Shown: piece by piece, positions 22,896 to 24,000 of the stretch | Position numbering within the stretch: position 1 is the stretch's first letter | Layout: the number at the start of each line of letters is the position of its first letter | Assembly (NCBI GenBank): GCA_964435115.1 | Contig: CAYSYM010000005.1 | Location: 68,224 to 92,223 of the forward strand | DNA length: 24,000 nucleotides | Source: an uncultured Chloroflexota bacterium | GTDB taxonomy: Bacteria; Chloroflexota; UBA6077; CF-72 | Reading direction: 5' to 3' | Program-made: the position numbers and the translations under genes | The notes under the pieces: model-generated | Databases searched by the model: none | What the model was told of the DNA's origin: nothing | What the model saw: the letters and a program-made list of their open reading frames with translations, nothing else

Positions 22896-24000
22896 GTGCC
22901 GCCTGAGGTTGTGGGGGCCGTCCGCGAGCTGGGCCGCTTCGCCGCAAGCTACCCGGCGCCAAACCCCTCCTCCGAGCTCGGAGGGCTGCTCCACCGCACC
23001 CTGCTGGACACGCTCGGGGTGATCGTGGCCGGTGCGGCGACCTCGGAGCTGCAAGCCTTGCGCCAGGCCTGGATGCTCCCGCCCGGGCCGGCGCGTGTGC
23101 TGGGTCCCGGCCTGAGCACGTGCGTCGAAGCCGCCGCCTACCTGAACGGCGTGGCCGCCGTCTGCCTGGAGCTGGACGCGGGGAACAAGTACGCGCGCGG
23201 CCACCCCGCCGCTCACGTGCTGCCCGCCGCCCTCGCCATCGCCCAGGAGCAACGTGTGTCCGGCCCCGATCTGGCCGCGGCGCTCCTGGTGGGCCACGAG
23301 GTAGCGAGCCGCTTCGGGCGTGCAACACGCCTGCGCCCTGAAGTCCACCCCCACGGCAACTGGGGCATCGCCGGCGCGGCTGCTGCCTGCGCCAGGCTGC
23401 TACGGCTGGACGCCGAGCGGACGGCCGCGGCCATCGACGCGGCGACCGCCAGCGTCACCGCGTCGCCCTGGCGAGCGGCGACAGCCGGGGACCTGGTGCG
23501 GAACGCGTGGATGGGCGCGGCCGCGGTGGCAGGCATCGCTGCCGCGCGCCTGGCAGCCGCGGGCCTGGCACGCGTGACGGGCCTGGCCGCTACTACCCTC
23601 GGCGCCATCCTCGGCAGCTTCGAGCCCAGCGAGCTGACAGCGGAGCTGGGCAGCCGCTTCGACCTCGGGAACGCGTACTTCAAGCGCCACGCAGCCTGTG
23701 CTTACACGCACCCCTCGGCCGACGCCCTGCTCGACCTGCTGGCCGCCCACCCTGGGATACGTCCGGCGGACGTCGAGACGGTTCAGGTCGAGACCTACCC
23801 AATCGCGGCCACCCTGAACGGGACCAGCGCGGAGACCCGGCTGGCCGCGATGTTCTCGATCCCGTACGTGGTCGCGGCGGTTCTCGTGCTGGGCCACGCG
23901 CGACCCGACGCCTTCGACGACAGGCGCCGGGCGGACGCCGAGATCCGACGCCTGGCCCGGGCGACGCACGTCGTCGCGACCGAGGAGTTCGCGCGGCGGC
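22896..24000 (+). CDS. MmgE/PrpD family protein (2-methylcitrate dehydratase-like), 3'-truncated by window edge
   Basis: Not in the supplied ORF track because no stop is reached. My own translation from GTG 22896 (AGGAG 7 nt upstream) gives VPPEVVGAVRELGRFAASY...LLDTLGVIVAGAATSE...AAYLNGVAAVCLELDAGNKYARGHPAAHVLPAALAIAQE...HPHGNWGIAGAAAA...YFKRHAACAYTHP, open to position 24000. This is family-typical of MmgE/PrpD. Confidence 0.75.
   Translation, partial: MPPEVVGAVRELGRFAASYPAPNPSSELGGLLHRTLLDTLGVIVAGAATSELQALRQAWMLPPGPARVLGPGLSTCVEAAAYLNGVAAVCLELDAGNKYARGHPAAHVLPAALAIAQEQRVSGPDLAAALLVGHEVASRFGRATRLRPEVHPHGNWGIAGAAAACARLLRLDAERTAAAIDAATASVTASPWRAATAGDLVRNAWMGAAAVAGIAAARLAAAGLARVTGLAATTLGAILGSFEPSELTAELGSRFDLGNAYFKRHAACAYTHPSADALLDLLAAHPGIRPADVETVQVETYPIAATLNGTSAETRLAAMFSIPYVVAAVLVLGHARPDAFDDRRRADAEIRRLARATHVVATEEFARR

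Overview
Very GC-rich (about 70% by eye, not computed), densely coding bacterial chromosomal segment. Taxon cannot be fixed from sequence alone. GGAGG-type SDs and lipoprotein binding proteins with long Pro/Ala tethers would fit a high-GC monoderm-like lineage such as Chloroflexota/Thermomicrobia or Actinomycetota. Left to right: a 5'-truncated MFS transporter, a 61-codon small ORF coupled by ATGA overlaps on both sides, and an alpha/beta hydrolase. On the minus strand sit a nitrilase-family gene and an M24 (creatinase/prolidase-like) gene. A divergent LacI-family regulator then heads a ~12.7-kb same-strand array: a NitT/TauT-type ABC importer (lipoprotein SBP, ATPase, permease), a cyclase/kynurenine-formamidase-family hydrolase, two Zn-dependent MDR dehydrogenases, an HSL-type esterase, and a 2-oxoacid dehydrogenase E1alpha-E1beta-E2 set with no E3. 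After a 311-nt lower-GC spacer come a LivKHMGF-type ABC importer and a 3'-truncated MmgE/PrpD-family gene that is missing from the ORF track. The many long Arg/Pro/Gly-rich ORFs antisense or out of frame to these genes are high-GC artefacts. The most unusual content is a family of tandem heptamer arrays (GTGTCGG / complement CCGACAC, i.e. G3N4 periodicity) at four sites. Two of them form 24-bp perfect inverted termini around a four-helix-bundle (23S rRNA intervening-sequence protein family) gene wedged exactly between E1alpha and E1beta. E1beta appears to take its SD, start codon and first ~18 codons from this insert. Another 42-bp array sits in frame inside the E2 linker. Other points: a coding-frame switch at the MFS 3' end, an M24 homologue with 3 of 5 metal ligands replaced next to the nitrilase, and a tandem LacI-type operator candidate. 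No rRNA, tRNA, CRISPR, transposase or integrase was seen.
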